Positions 10,231 to 21,942 of a stretch of DNA of 64,000 nt are shown here, piece after piece (the first letter of the stretch is position 1; each line of letters opens with the position of its first letter). Source of the stretch: an uncultured Methanosarcinaceae archaeon. Its GTDB lineage: Archaea > Halobacteriota > Methanosarcinia > Methanosarcinales > Methanosarcinaceae. The translations under genes were made by a program, and so were the position numbers. The notes under the pieces are model-generated. The model was not told where the DNA came from. It saw only the letters and a list, made by a program, of their open reading frames with translations, and did not search any database. The DNA is taken from NCBI GenBank assembly GCA_963833425.1, contig CAWHXP010000003.1, positions 352,001-416,000 on the forward strand. Reading direction: 5' to 3'.

Positions 10231-11256
10231 ATTCAAACAAAAAAATCCTACCTCGTTACCTACACAAAAAATGTTTTCATTCCTGTAACCAATATGTGCA
10301 GAAACTGCTGTGCATACTGTGGCTTCAAACGAGAACCAGGACAATCAGACGCCAGACTAATGAGACCCGAAGAAATTATTCTTATCCTAGAACGTGGGGT
10401 AAAAGCAGGGTGTACTGAGGCTCTTTTTACTTTTGGGGAGTATGCAGATGAGGTACCAGGGTACGGAAAATTGCTTAAAAAACTCGGTTATTCCTCCACG
10501 TTGGAATACTTACTCTTTCTTTGTGAAACGGCAATAAATATAGGTATTCTTCCACATACGAATGCGGGGATTATGAACCGCTCGGAACTTAAGACATTAA
10601 AACCTCTGAATGCTAGCATGGGGCTGATGCTTGAGAGTATGGCAACCCTTGATGCCCATGAAAACTGTTGTGGAAAAGTGCCAGAACGCAGGCTTCATAC
10701 AATCCGAGAAGCCGGAAAACTGCGAATTCCCTATACTACTGGCCTCCTAGTAGGGATCGGAGAAAAGCGGGAGGACAGAATTAAATCGCTAGAGGTTATT
10801 GCAGATCTTCACAGGGAATATGAGCATATCCAAGAAGTCATTATCCAGAACTTTGTCCCAAAACCAGGGACACCCATGGAAAACTTTCCAGAGCCTACAA
10901 TCGAAGAAATTATTGATACGGTGTTCCTTGCCAGGCAGATACTTCCACCTGCTATAGCAGTTCAGGTGGCTCCAAACCTCATTGATCCAAAATCCCTTAT
11001 CGAAAAAGGGGCAACGGATCTAGGAGGCATATCTCCTTTAACCATAGACTGGATCAACCCTGAAGCCAAATGGCCGGGATTAGATGACCTACAAGATAAG
11101 CTGGGGAACATTCTGCTAAGGGAACGCTTACCAATTTATCCACAGTACATAAAAAAAAGATGGTACTCAAAAAGGATAGGAAAGTTGATCGGACAACTGT
11201 CGGACACGCAAGGTTACCGAAAAGAATCCTTAACAAATAGCCTGGAGAGGAATTAA
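10231..11256 (+). CDS. cofG: FO synthase subunit 1 (radical SAM)
   Basis: VTYTKNVFIPVTNMCRNCCAYCGF CxxxCxxC motif; conserved N-terminus extends upstream of the ATG at 10294 to an ATT at 10231 with an AGGTG RBS. Confidence 0.9.
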   Translation: MQTKKSYLVTYTKNVFIPVTNMCRNCCAYCGFKREPGQSDARLMRPEEIILILERGVKAGCTEALFTFGEYADEVPGYGKLLKKLGYSSTLEYLLFLCETAINIGILPHTNAGIMNRSELKTLKPLNASMGLMLESMATLDAHENCCGKVPERRLHTIREAGKLRIPYTTGLLVGIGEKREDRIKSLEVIADLHREYEHIQEVIIQNFVPKPGTPMENFPEPTIEEIIDTVFLARQILPPAIAVQVAPNLIDPKSLIEKGATDLGGISPLTIDWINPEAKWPGLDDLQDKLGNILLRERLPIYPQYIKKRWYSKRIGKLIGQLSDTQGYRKESLTNSLERN

Positions 11257-11259
11257 AAA

Positions 11260-12411
11260 ATGAACAACAAAATTCCAGAAGATCTCATAGAACGTGTATA
11301 TCAGGGAAAGAGCACAAAAGAAGATGCACTTCTTCTCCTTAAAGCACCTCACTTAGAACTCTTCATGTTTGCGGACGAACTTCGCTCTCATACTGTAGGA
11401 GATACAGTTACCTACGTAGTAAACAGGAACATCAATTTTGCCAGCAAATGTTTGGGAACGTGTGGATTCTGCGCTTTTAAAAACAAGAATGGATATGTCC
11501 TCACCATTGAAGAGATTATGGCAAAGGTTAGAGAAGCAAAGCAGGCTAATGCGACTGAAGTTTGTATCCAGGGAGGACTCCTTCCTGATCTAGGCATCGA
11601 CTTTTACCTCGAGATCGCAGAATCCATAAAAGCTGAATATCCAGAAATGCACATTCATTCTTTTTCACCAATGGAAGTGCACCATGCCGCCCGCATCAGT
11701 GAAATTACGGTAAAAGAAGCCCTTTCCAGACTAAATAAAAGTGGTCTCGACACTATGCCTGGGACTGCAGCAGAAATACTTTCTGAAAGGGTGCGGAAGA
11801 TTATCTGTCCCACTAAACTTGGAACAAGAGAATGGATCGAAGTGATCAAGCAAGCGCACGCTGCAGAAATTCCTACTACTGCAACAATGATGTACGGACA
11901 TATTGAAACTCCTGAGGAAAGAATAGAACATATACTGATCATCAGGGATATTCAGAAAGAAACAGGCAGGATTACAGAATTTGTTCCCCTACCATTCATG
12001 CCCTATAACAATCCATTGGGGAAGAAATTAATGGAAGAAGGCAGATATGCCACCTCAGGCCTTGAAGATTTAAAAACGTATGCTATTTCTCGAATCCTCT
12101 TAAATGGGCACGTGGATAATATCCAGGCAAGTTGGGTAAAGTTAGGGAAAAAACTTGCCCAATTTGCTCTTTGCTGCGGAGCTAATGACCTGGGTGGTAC
12201 CCTCATGGAAGAGAATATTTCAAAATCTGCAGGAGCCTCTAACGGAGAACGGATCTCAAGAGAAGAACTTGAATGGATGATACACGAAGCTGGCAGGATT
12301 CCAAAAGAGAGGACTACATTATACAGGGGAGTTCATGAACTGGCTTTGGCAAATCAAAAAAATGCCAAGTTGTCGAATCTCAGAATGAGCTCATCTATCG
12401 GGAATAAATAG
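11260..12411 (+). CDS. cofH: FO synthase subunit 2 (radical SAM)
   Basis: VTYVVNRNINF-CxxxCxFCAF, MPGTAAEIL, NIQASWVKLG, GANDLGGTLMEE. Confidence 0.93.
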   Translation: MNNKIPEDLIERVYQGKSTKEDALLLLKAPHLELFMFADELRSHTVGDTVTYVVNRNINFASKCLGTCGFCAFKNKNGYVLTIEEIMAKVREAKQANATEVCIQGGLLPDLGIDFYLEIAESIKAEYPEMHIHSFSPMEVHHAARISEITVKEALSRLNKSGLDTMPGTAAEILSERVRKIICPTKLGTREWIEVIKQAHAAEIPTTATMMYGHIETPEERIEHILIIRDIQKETGRITEFVPLPFMPYNNPLGKKLMEEGRYATSGLEDLKTYAISRILLNGHVDNIQASWVKLGKKLAQFALCCGANDLGGTLMEENISKSAGASNGERISREELEWMIHEAGRIPKERTTLYRGVHELALANQKNAKLSNLRMSSSIGNK

Positions 12412-12442
12412 AAAGTCATCGACTAAAACAGGAATGAGCATA

Positions 12443-13400
12443 ATGTACATGAAAAAAGAGGTGGCCATCCCTATGACGTCTTTGACAGAGCAATATAAGG
12501 AAAAGTGTACTAAAGAAAATACTCTTTTATACTGCTTTAAAAAAGTCCATTTGAGCTTTTTGAACTCGCAGATACACTGTGATATCAGGCATCTGCGATG
12601 TTGTTAGTCGTGCTTCATACAGAAACATACACATTTGATAAATGAAGGAAACTGTGAATTTTATGCTTGCAGAACAGAAAAATATTATTTATACTTATGT
12701 TGGAAGATATGCGCACAAACGTGAGTGAAGCAAGAAAAGTCGGTGTTTTGGAGATATTTATGGGAGGAGAGGATATGACATTGACATGGAATTCTATCTT
12801 AAGATGGTGAAAGCGAGTTTCAGCCCCTCACAGGTATCTCAGCTAGATTTTTTCCAAGAGGAGTAAAAAATTAATTGTCCTGAAAAAAAAATCAATACCC
12901 AGAAATGAATTGATACCATAACTTTGAGGCATAAGATTGGAATTTTCACTTTGTGATCATCATGTAAGGGCATTTAGAGACTGTAGAATAATGTCTGGGC
13001 CATGTAATTATCATTCGCGAAATCAGAAAGAGACTAAGAGGATTCAGAAATGATCCACATGTCTTCTTTTTCTAGAATAAACGAATAGATGAAAAGATTC
13101 TGGTATGGAGAAAGCTCACCAGTGCCGGACTTAAAGATTTGCACATCATAACCATTTCCAACATAATCCCTACATATATTTGAACAATATCAGGACTCAT
13201 GGGTTAAGCTCGGGAAAAATTTGCTTAGGTAGCCTTGAAGTATGGAACGAATCATAAAAATTACGCTTATGGTAGATCAGATCTCAACAACACTCTGAGG
13301 AATTCATTGCTAATGTTTATTCCTACGAGCTTAAATAGTTGATAAAAAGTGTAGGAAGAATTTCTATTTATAGAGAGACCCTTTACAGGATATCTAACAC
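12443..13400 (+). pseudogene. cofH: Second cofH copy, heavily degraded
   Basis: Fragments KCTKENTLL, SPFELFELADTL, QDSWVKLGK and ETLYR are colinear with the intact cofH; many stops and frameshifts. Confidence 0.8.
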
Positions 13401-13522
13401 CAATTTTCAGAGAAGGAATTAACTTTCGAATCGCTGAAGAACCAGAGAAAGTACTGGGAAGTAAGAAAGATCAAAAATAAATGTTTTCCGAAGGTTAAAA
13501 GATCCCAATTTAAGGAGTCAAG

Positions 13523-14149
13523 ATGAAAGTGGTAGTACCCTATAAAAAATCCAGTGCAAAGTCCCGATTGTCCTCGGTCCTAAGCCAGGAAGAAAGAGAA
13601 GAATTTGTGGAAATCATGTTGAATCAGGTAATAGACACAGTACTAGCAGCTGGAATAGAAAATATCGATATCCTCAGTCCTTCAATATATGGCCTTGAGA
13701 ACATGAAGAATGCCAGAGTCCTCCTGGATAAAAGCGACTTGAATGAGGCTGTCAACAGGTATCTTGGACAAGTGGATGAACCAACACTGATTGTTATGGC
13801 TGATCTGCCCCTTCTTTCTCCAAGCCATATAAAAGCGATAATCTCAACAAAAGAGGATGTCTGTATAGTTCCAGGAAAGGGGGGAGGAACAAATGTCCTT
13901 TTTGTCAAAAACCCTTCATGCTACAGGGTCGAATACTACGGCTCAAGCTTTCTGGCACACTGCTCTATAGCTGCTGAAGAGAGGCAAAATATTGGAATAT
14001 ATGATTCTTTTTTAGTGAGTACGGATATAGATGAACCGGCGGATTTAGTCGAACTGCTTATACACGGAAAAGGATATGCAAAGAAATATATAAGCAAAAA
14101 GTTCAGGCTTGAGATCAGCAGAGGAAGAGTGGAATTGTCTCAAATTTGA
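13523..14149 (+). CDS. cofC: 2-phospho-L-lactate/PEP guanylyltransferase
   Basis: VVPYK..AKSRLS, MADLPLL, PGKGGGTN, DIDEPADL motifs; F420 gene cluster context. Confidence 0.92.
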   Translation: MKVVVPYKKSSAKSRLSSVLSQEEREEFVEIMLNQVIDTVLAAGIENIDILSPSIYGLENMKNARVLLDKSDLNEAVNRYLGQVDEPTLIVMADLPLLSPSHIKAIISTKEDVCIVPGKGGGTNVLFVKNPSCYRVEYYGSSFLAHCSIAAEERQNIGIYDSFLVSTDIDEPADLVELLIHGKGYAKKYISKKFRLEISRGRVELSQI

Positions 14150-14255
14150 AGCTTTTTATAAATTTAATCCTCAAATAAATGAAAAGAGAAAAAGGTTAAA
14201 TTAGAGCTAATTTCGATATGCACTAATTTTAATAATTGAGTATGTACTCATTATA

Positions 14256-15199
14256 GAGGATTTCGATAAACTTCGGATTTTATTTCTTAGCAGGAATTTC
14301 TCATATCCTCCCCTCAATTTCTCTCTTTAATTCCTCTTTTTGGCTTTACTTATTCTCAATTCTTTGATTTTAAAGATAGCTTCCGCCATCTTCAATATAG
14401 TTTTTTTATTTTCAATGTTCTCAATTGATGGAGATTATAACAAAAAGCTGTAAAACAACATTTTTAGATTTACTCTTTTAACAGTAGTAACAATAACTTT
14501 CTCCTTTGAATACCCTTTTAGTTTCGGCATAAACTCGTTTCCATTGAGCTTTTTTGAGATGATATTCTAGTTTTTTAATACATCACACATCCAAGAGAAT
14601 ATCCATTTACTGCTCTTTTCACCGTTACACCACTGACTTAGCCACAAAGTATCCTCTGTCCCTATAAACCACTTCATTTTCCTCTGTCAAATCTACATAC
14701 GAATCATGTACTGACACAGTTGTTGTTTTGAATCTTCTGATCAGCTCATAATCTCTAGCTATTATATTATGAAGCTTATATCCAAAGTGAGACTTATCTC
14801 CCTTCTTTGTCCAGGTTCCGTCTTTGCTTCTTCTTGTTTTTGCCTCATCTCTCTGCTTTTGCATGTCCTGGATCTGAATGGATAAAAGTAGCATCCTGAA
14901 TCATTCCCTGCTTTATCTGTAAACCCAGAGCATAAAGTTGGCTTTGCAACTTTCCCTATATTTTCTTTGAAATTCTCGATAATTCTCTCCCTAAATAGCC
15001 ATACAGTAGTACTGTAAGGTACGTATTCCGGAAATCCAAGGAATTTCCTAAAAGAAATTCGATCTATACACTGTTTCTCAAGTTCAAAATCAGAGAGACC
15101 ATGCCATTGTTGTAAAACAAGCATTTTGAACATCACAATGACATCAGTTTCAGGTCTCCCTCTTGAAACGGTTTTGTTGATATACATAGACTCAAGAAT
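14256..15199 (-). mobile_element. IS5-family element, 5'-truncated and frameshifted (copy 1)
   Basis: Transposase fragments LVLQQWHGLSDFELE..DRISFRKFLG, HFGYKLH, YRDRGY; one TIR GAGGATTTCGATAAACT at 14256. Confidence 0.9.
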
Positions 15200-15499
15200 G
15201 AAACCATTTTCAAAATTATTACTTGATTTTGATGGAAATATGAAAGTAAATATATTTTCTTTACTGAACCGGCTTCATAGCATAAATCAAGAGACAGAGG
15301 AATTTGATCAAAACAACAAGCTTAGGTTGCAAATAACATCTTTACCTAAACTTCCTCTAGATAGAAAATCAAATGAATATTATTGGAAAAAGATAGATAA
15401 ATGTTAATGTCAATAAAATCATTAAAGAATACTGAAGTATTATCGAAACTTAGTGGATTAATTTCAGGAAAACATAAGTTTGTGCATAAAATGTCGCAT

Positions 15500-15870
15500 T
15501 ATTCAAAATGATGACTATACCTTTGTGCTACCGGAAGTTGTCCATCATCAGTAGTTCCAAAATAATCTCCATCGTTCAAAAGTTCATAACTCAAAATCTG
15601 TTTTTTAATTTCATGATATTCTTTTAAAGATTTTTTTTGCTGTGATACATTTTATAATCTCATCACTTTTGAAGGATAATATTTTGGGTCAACACCAACG
15701 AGAAAATGTACATGATCATCATCAGTATAGATTGCATCTAATTTAAAACAACACATTTCACCAATTTTAAAGAATATATTTCAAATAGTTGATGATGTCA
15801 CTGTTTGAAATAAATTTTCTCGATTCTTAGTAAATATTCAGCCTGGAAAAACAATATCAATAACCATATT
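15500..15870 (-). mobile_element. IS200/IS605 TnpA remnant
   Basis: Minus strand gives LDAIYTDDDHVHFLVGVDPK (HUH motif) and ITAKKIFKEYHEIKKQ; boundaries approximate. Confidence 0.75.
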
Positions 15871-16652
15871 TACTCAGATTAAATGAGCAAATTTTGGTTG
15901 TGGATTTTTTATCACTATCGACTATAGACAATGTTTTTATTTTCCCATACAGTAGCAATCAGAAGTATCTACGGCATCAAAGCAGATATCGCTCAATTGA
16001 TTTTTGGTTGGCTAATAGTTACAACACCCCATACAAAAAAACATGCGAGATTTCATAAACACAATGATTGTATGCTACGATTTTATTTCGTAGTACAAAA
16101 GTATCTTAAGTATTAATCAGTTGGTTAATAACCGTTATTGAGAAGTTTTTATCCCTGTCGCAATATATAGAGTACCCGACTGGAGTAAAAATTCTCTAGT
16201 TTAATGCATTGGTTTATTAGAGTACTACAACTGTAAATGGTCATTTTTCGAATATTTAACAGATATAAAATGAAATAAAGACATTGTGGTAATCAATAAA
16301 CTTCGAAACTGCTTATGAGGTTTCATTTTAAAATAGAATTCAAGACGCTTTTCAGAAACGTATTTTTTGCATTAATATTCTTTTTACTTGAGGAAGTTTT
16401 GGTAATTTTTAATCACTAATTAAAATTTATGAAGATAAAATTATATTTTAATATGGAATTGTAAAGGACGTGACAAAATAAAGGTAAAAAATCTTTTTTA
16501 GATTTATATAAATTTAATGGAGAAGACCAGTAGAATGATTGTCAGAAATTACAAGCTTTGGAAAGCAGAAGCAACTACACCATGTTTACTCTCAGTGTTA
16601 ATTATTTCAGAGCTGCATTAAGTATAATTGACATAAATTCATTTTTATTCCT

Positions 16653-17225
16653 ATGTTAATAGGACTCACCGGTACACCTGGCACTGGAAAAACCTCCGTT
16701 AGCATGTTTCTTGAAAAAAAGAGGCACTGGAAAGCAATCCACCTCAATGACTTGATTAAAGAGAAGCATCTATATACTGAAATTGATGAGAAAAGAGATA
16801 CCATTATCGCTGACATGGAAATTATCCAGGAGTACCTTCTAAAAACTATTGATGAAGAGAAACATAAAGTAGAGCATGGAAAGAAAAGAACTGTAATGAT
16901 TCTAGAAAGTCACCTCGCTCATTATATCGCGGAAATCGTTATTGTGCTCAGGGCATATCCTCCTGAATTAAATATAAGACTGAAAACACGTTGCTATTCG
17001 GAAGAGAAAATAAATGAGAATATCGAAGCTGAAGCCCTCGACGTGATCCTAATTGAGGCTTTTGAATGGTGCAGAAATATTTTTGAAGTAAACACTACAG
17101 GAAAAACAATTGAAGAAGTAGGACAAGATATTGAAAAAATCATAGACAATATTTTAGATGGAACTGAAGAAAATTTGCTGGAATATAAGCCTGGCTCCAT
17201 TGATTGGATTGACCTGATTCCGTAG
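16653..17225 (+). CDS. Putative adenylate kinase (AK6/Fap7-like P-loop kinase)
   Basis: GLTGTPGTGKT Walker A, ESHL motif, KINENIEAEALDVIL. Confidence 0.88.
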   Translation: MLIGLTGTPGTGKTSVSMFLEKKRHWKAIHLNDLIKEKHLYTEIDEKRDTIIADMEIIQEYLLKTIDEEKHKVEHGKKRTVMILESHLAHYIAEIVIVLRAYPPELNIRLKTRCYSEEKINENIEAEALDVILIEAFEWCRNIFEVNTTGKTIEEVGQDIEKIIDNILDGTEENLLEYKPGSIDWIDLIP

Positions 17226-17313
17226 AGGAGATCGATAAACCCCTAAATTTTGTCATAGCATAGAAATGATGAATAAATGACTCGTGAAAATCAGAGATTT
17301 AGTCGAAATTTCC
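17225..17313. mobile_element. MITE (~88 bp) abutting the kinase stop codon
   Basis: GAGGAGATCGATAAACCCC ... TTTAGTCGAAATTTCC. Confidence 0.65.
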
Positions 17314-17525
17314 ATAATTTGTGAAGTTAAAAGGATTATGGGAAATTAGAGTATTCGTCGTATAATGTATCCTGGCAGCGTTCAAGGATTACGCTGATAA
17401 TTTCCTGCATAGGAAAAAAAGAATGAAGAAATAGTGGAAGAAAATAGATAAGATGAAGATATAGGATCTTCATCCCGTCTTTTTTCTATAATGAAATTTT
17501 TCGATCTACTTTTCTATTTTATGCT

Positions 17526-19667
17526 TTATCTTTTTCTACAAAGGAATACAGCTAACAGGGCAGTTATACCACAAATAATTTCGAAGCCAGGAATGCTCGT
17601 CGTCTTTCCTGGATTGATTGGATTTTCTTGTTGTCCAGACGGCTGTTTTGCAGTTGTTGTTGCACTTCCAGTGTTTTGTTTAGGAATCGGATTATTAGTT
17701 TTAGACTTTGTTTCATCCACAGCTTGCTTTGCCGTTGTTTTACCTATTGAGCTGCTACTGCTGCTTAAGCTGCTTTCGCCGCTGCTACTTTTAAAACCAC
17801 TGTTTCCACTGCTACTGCTACCGCTGTTTCCACCCATGGTATTATTAGTGTTGAAACTTGTTACAGGAAGAATTTTTGAGGCGTCAGTCTCAGGAGCTGG
17901 GGCAGTCTCAGGAGTTATTACAGATGGCATACGGCTTTTCGGCAGTTTGCTACTGGTTTTATCAGTGAGCTCGCTGTGTTTAACAGATTCTTTATTTTTA
18001 GTAATTCCGTGATCATTGCAATTATCGTCTAGTCTCACATTGGTTAAGTTGAAGTATTCGATCGGTACTATAGAGCTGACTGATTTAGGACCAAGCTGAT
18101 CACAGTTAACAATTACAGTGTCTTTGATAAACCCATTTTCATTACTGCTTATGTCTGCTGGAGGGACAGTGTAATTACCGACATAGGTCTTTGTTTCCCC
18201 TACTTTTAGAATTCCATCCTTGATCTCAATATTAGTGGGATTCTGATCACTTGCTGGGACTGCAATCTCAGCCAGAGCATCGTTAACTGTTACATTGGAA
18301 AGGTCAATTTTCCCATTATTTGTCACGTCAATCTGGTAACTGATTACATCTCCAGCTTTCGTTACACTTCCTGATGGTCCTCTTCCGGCAACATCAGCGA
18401 CATTTGCGGAAATAGAGCAAGAAGGATCTATAGGTACTGCGATACTAACTGATTTAGGATCCAACTTAGGAGAGTAGACAGTAACAGTGTTGATGAACCC
18501 TCCACCATCGTTATTGGTTATGTCTGCACGAGTAACCGTATAATTTCCGGTATAAGTCCAATTTTCTCCTACGTTGAGAACTGTATCGTTACTGTTTGAA
18601 GCTGTAGGTCCTGTTAAAGTCACCAGGGGATCATCAACAGTTACATTGTTAAGGTCAATGTTTCCGTTATTCGTCACATCAATATGATAGCTGACTACAT
18701 CTCCCTCTTTGGTAATATTTTCTCCAGGTCCGTTTCCGTTAACATCTGTAACTATCATGTTAACTACATATGAGGGAACCTGAACCACAGATGTTTGGTA
18801 ACTATAGTTTTCCGCTCCTAGTTGATCACAATCAACAGTTACATTATTGGTAATGAATCCAGTTCCGTTACCATTACTGTTCATATCATCCTGAGTAACC
18901 ACATAATTACCAGTATAAGTCCTGTTTTCTCCTACGTCGAGAACTGAATCATTACTATTTGACTCCATAGGTTCTATTAGGTTCACAAGAGTACTATTAA
19001 CACTTACATTACTAAGGTCAATGTTTCCATCATTCATCACTACAAACTGATAATTGATTACATCCCCTGCTTTTGTTACATTTTCAGCAGGTTCGTTAAT
19101 GGTTTTTCCTGTAACATTAATAGTTTTATCAATTGTGTATGAAGGATTTTGGATTATAGGCGTTTGAATACTGCTACTTTGGTTTTGAGGTACCTTCCCC
19201 TTTTCATAAACTATCGCTGTGTTGTTGATGAATCCTGTCCCATGTCCATTACTATTTAAGTCATCCTGAGTAACCTCGTAAATACCAGTATAGGTCTTTG
19301 ATTCAAATAGGTTAATCATGGGATCAGTAACTTTTACATTTGCTAAGTTACCGATTTTAACAGGAGTTGTCACATTAATCTGATAGCTGATGATATCGCC
19401 AGCTTTCACTACACTTCCTTCAGGCCCTTTTCCTGCAACATCCGTAACTGTTTTTGTAACTGTGGTTCCTGAAGATAGTATGCCCGGAGTAGAGGTCTGT
19501 GGTAAAGGTGATGCCTCTCCTGCTAGCACAAACGGTGAAAGAACTATAGTAATCATCACTAAAGAAATAAATGAGAGCATCTGATGCTTCATAGCTTTGT
19601 CCATTCTTGGTATCGAAGCAATCAAGAGATTGCTTACAACCGCAAGTTTTGTTTTCTTTTTATCCAT
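17526..19667 (-). CDS. Cell-surface glycoprotein with about four Ig-like (DUF11/DUF7507-type) repeats and a PGF-CTERM anchor
   Basis: Hydrophobic signal segment, repeats AGDVIxYxIxVTNxGNIDLxNVTV..LxVGExxTYTGNY, Ser/Thr-rich stalk, C-terminal IPGF + TM + RKR. Confidence 0.85.
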   Translation of the reverse strand: MDKKKTKLAVVSNLLIASIPRMDKAMKHQMLSFISLVMITIVLSPFVLAGEASPLPQTSTPGILSSGTTVTKTVTDVAGKGPEGSVVKAGDIISYQINVTTPVKIGNLANVKVTDPMINLFESKTYTGIYEVTQDDLNSNGHGTGFINNTAIVYEKGKVPQNQSSSIQTPIIQNPSYTIDKTINVTGKTINEPAENVTKAGDVINYQFVVMNDGNIDLSNVSVNSTLVNLIEPMESNSNDSVLDVGENRTYTGNYVVTQDDMNSNGNGTGFITNNVTVDCDQLGAENYSYQTSVVQVPSYVVNMIVTDVNGNGPGENITKEGDVVSYHIDVTNNGNIDLNNVTVDDPLVTLTGPTASNSNDTVLNVGENWTYTGNYTVTRADITNNDGGGFINTVTVYSPKLDPKSVSIAVPIDPSCSISANVADVAGRGPSGSVTKAGDVISYQIDVTNNGKIDLSNVTVNDALAEIAVPASDQNPTNIEIKDGILKVGETKTYVGNYTVPPADISSNENGFIKDTVIVNCDQLGPKSVSSIVPIEYFNLTNVRLDDNCNDHGITKNKESVKHSELTDKTSSKLPKSRMPSVITPETAPAPETDASKILPVTSFNTNNTMGGNSGSSSSGNSGFKSSSGESSLSSSSSSIGKTTAKQAVDETKSKTNNPIPKQNTGSATTTAKQPSGQQENPINPGKTTSIPGFEIICGITALLAVFLCRKR

Positions 19668-21824
19668 TTATCCACTTCCTGTTACAAATATGAGCATTTG
19701 TTGAAATTAGAGCATAAGCTAAACAAACGCCAATATTCCCCCATTAACGGAGTATTTGTATCCTCTTCAAATTCGATGAAGAATTTTTCAAACCAAAAAA
19801 ATTATATGAAATTTGTATTAATTATAAAGTTGAATGTGCTTTTGAGTATATTTTTCAGACTTGGCAGAACTTTATAAATTTCCAACATATGTCTGAAATT
19901 CACTTATTCCCACACAATTCAAGGAGGATATTAATACCTTAACCGTTAAACTTTCTGTATTTTATGAGGCGTAACTTTATCAATATTCATAATAAGATAT
20001 CTTCCAATATAAATCTTGTCATCTATTTGATTCAATTATTTTTGTTTGCTTACTAAATTAGTTTGCTTTTCTTTTGCATATTTTGAGCTTTGTAGTTTAA
20101 TTTATTTCACAACCATATTAACTTCACAAATTATTATAAAAAAAATAAATTGTTAATAGACCTTATAATAAAATAATATTTAAGAGTTTTTTGAAATTTC
20201 ATTTCTACGAACAAGAGTCCCGATAGTAGAAGCACTTAACATTATATTTCAAATCAAATACATATTGATTCAATGTGAAATTAGACACAAAACAAAAATA
20301 TCGATATCATTTACCCCAATAAGCCTTTTATTATAATCCTACCTTGTTACAGTGTCAGGAAACTTTTTCTTAATGAATACTCACCGAATAGACAAAACGA
20401 ATATCTAAAGGTACCTCTGTAGTAGTTGCAGCAGAGCCTTTTGTAAACATACCAAGACGTTAGCTCATGATCATCGTATTGATGAAGTTACCACTGAGTT
20501 AGCCATTAAAATAGCAATTAAGAACATAAGTTATCAGGTTATTGCAGATGTTTTAGAAACGAAAAAAATAAATGTAAGCAACTGATTGACCCGCGATGCT
20601 GAAAAATGTAAAAAAGTGAACAAAGCAAAAATAAAAATGTATATTTACCCAAGATGGGACTGAATGAATTTGGATTATGATCCAAAAAGAATAGTTCCCA
20701 GGGTGAGAGAAAATGAAAACGAAAGCTTGTGGAGACGTGTAGCTTTTGCAACAAGTTGTAGTTGATATTCCATCTGCCATAAGTCCAAGAAAAAAAGTAT
20801 ATTGAGGACAGATTGGTGAAGTTAAAATTTGAATGCGTCTATGGACTAAATCACAATTTTTAGCAGGGTACTAAAAGTTCCATAAAATTTGATTGACTCT
20901 ACAGTCTATTTCGTTCACCACAAAAAGTCAAGGTTCAAAGTCAATGGTTGAAGTCATCTAATTCATAAAAAATTAATATTGTAGATCTGGAAAATGGAAT
21001 TCTTCAACCAAAACTTTGTGGTAGGAAAGAATCTTTTTTTAATTTGGTGTAAAAAGTTATGAGAAGACTAACTACACGAAAGCCAGCAGAAACAACTAAA
21101 ATCCCATAACCCTGAGAACAAATATAGGTAATTCGAATTATTGAAGCCTCAATTCAGTGGGTTCTTTTTTAAATAATATATTTGGTAAAAATTTAATATT
21201 TGTAAGATAGATCGTAACTTCTGTAACTGAATCTTAGATGCAAGGTATCTCTAAAGTGTGGAAAAGAGTATGATTTATTTAGATATGCAAAATTTCTCCC
21301 AAAATGAAAATGATGTTTTTCAAATTAAAGGCTGAAATAAATTAAAGCTTATCCCTCCTGAATCTTTTTGGAACATTCAATGCATCGCTATTTTGAGTAG
21401 AAAATTTGCTCTAATCTTGGTTTGCAAAAACATTGTGAGGAACTTCCAACCTCCCATAAATCAGTTGGATATCTATTTGATCAATATATACTCATGATTA
21501 TTAATGATAGAAAAATAAAAAAATATCATAACAAAAAGTGAAATAAAATCAGTCCACCAAAGTTTGTTTACTGAATCATTGTAAAGATGGCCATTTGTAT
21601 CATTTTGCCAAGCTAAATTATTACCCTGTAGCAATATTGCAGGAAATAAGCTACAGGAAAAATACTCACAGGATAGCCCCTTTATTTGAATTCAACAAAA
21701 TATATTCCAAAAGAGGTTCTTGCTGGAAAATATCAAAAAAATTCTGTCAAAACTTTTAGAATTTCATCACGAAAATAAAAATAGTCTGTATTTTTACTTG
21801 AAAGGATATTCAAAAAGTTATTAA

Positions 21825-21896
21825 TGCGACTGCCGGGATTCGAACCCGGGTTCTAAGCTTGGGAAGCTCAGGTCATAGCCACTAAACTACAGTCGC
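21825..21896 (-). tRNA. tRNA-Gly(CCC)
   Basis: GCGACTG/CAGTCGC acceptor stem, anticodon loop TTCCCAA, GGTTCGAATCCC T-arm. Confidence 0.93.
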
Positions 21897-21942
21897 ATAT
21901 AGATATGAGGAACTGTGATAAATTCATCTCATGAATCTTTTA

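Noticed and set aside
17491..18012. 173-aa Leu-rich membrane-like ORF
   Set aside because: Antisense shadow of the Ser-rich stalk of the PGF-CTERM protein.
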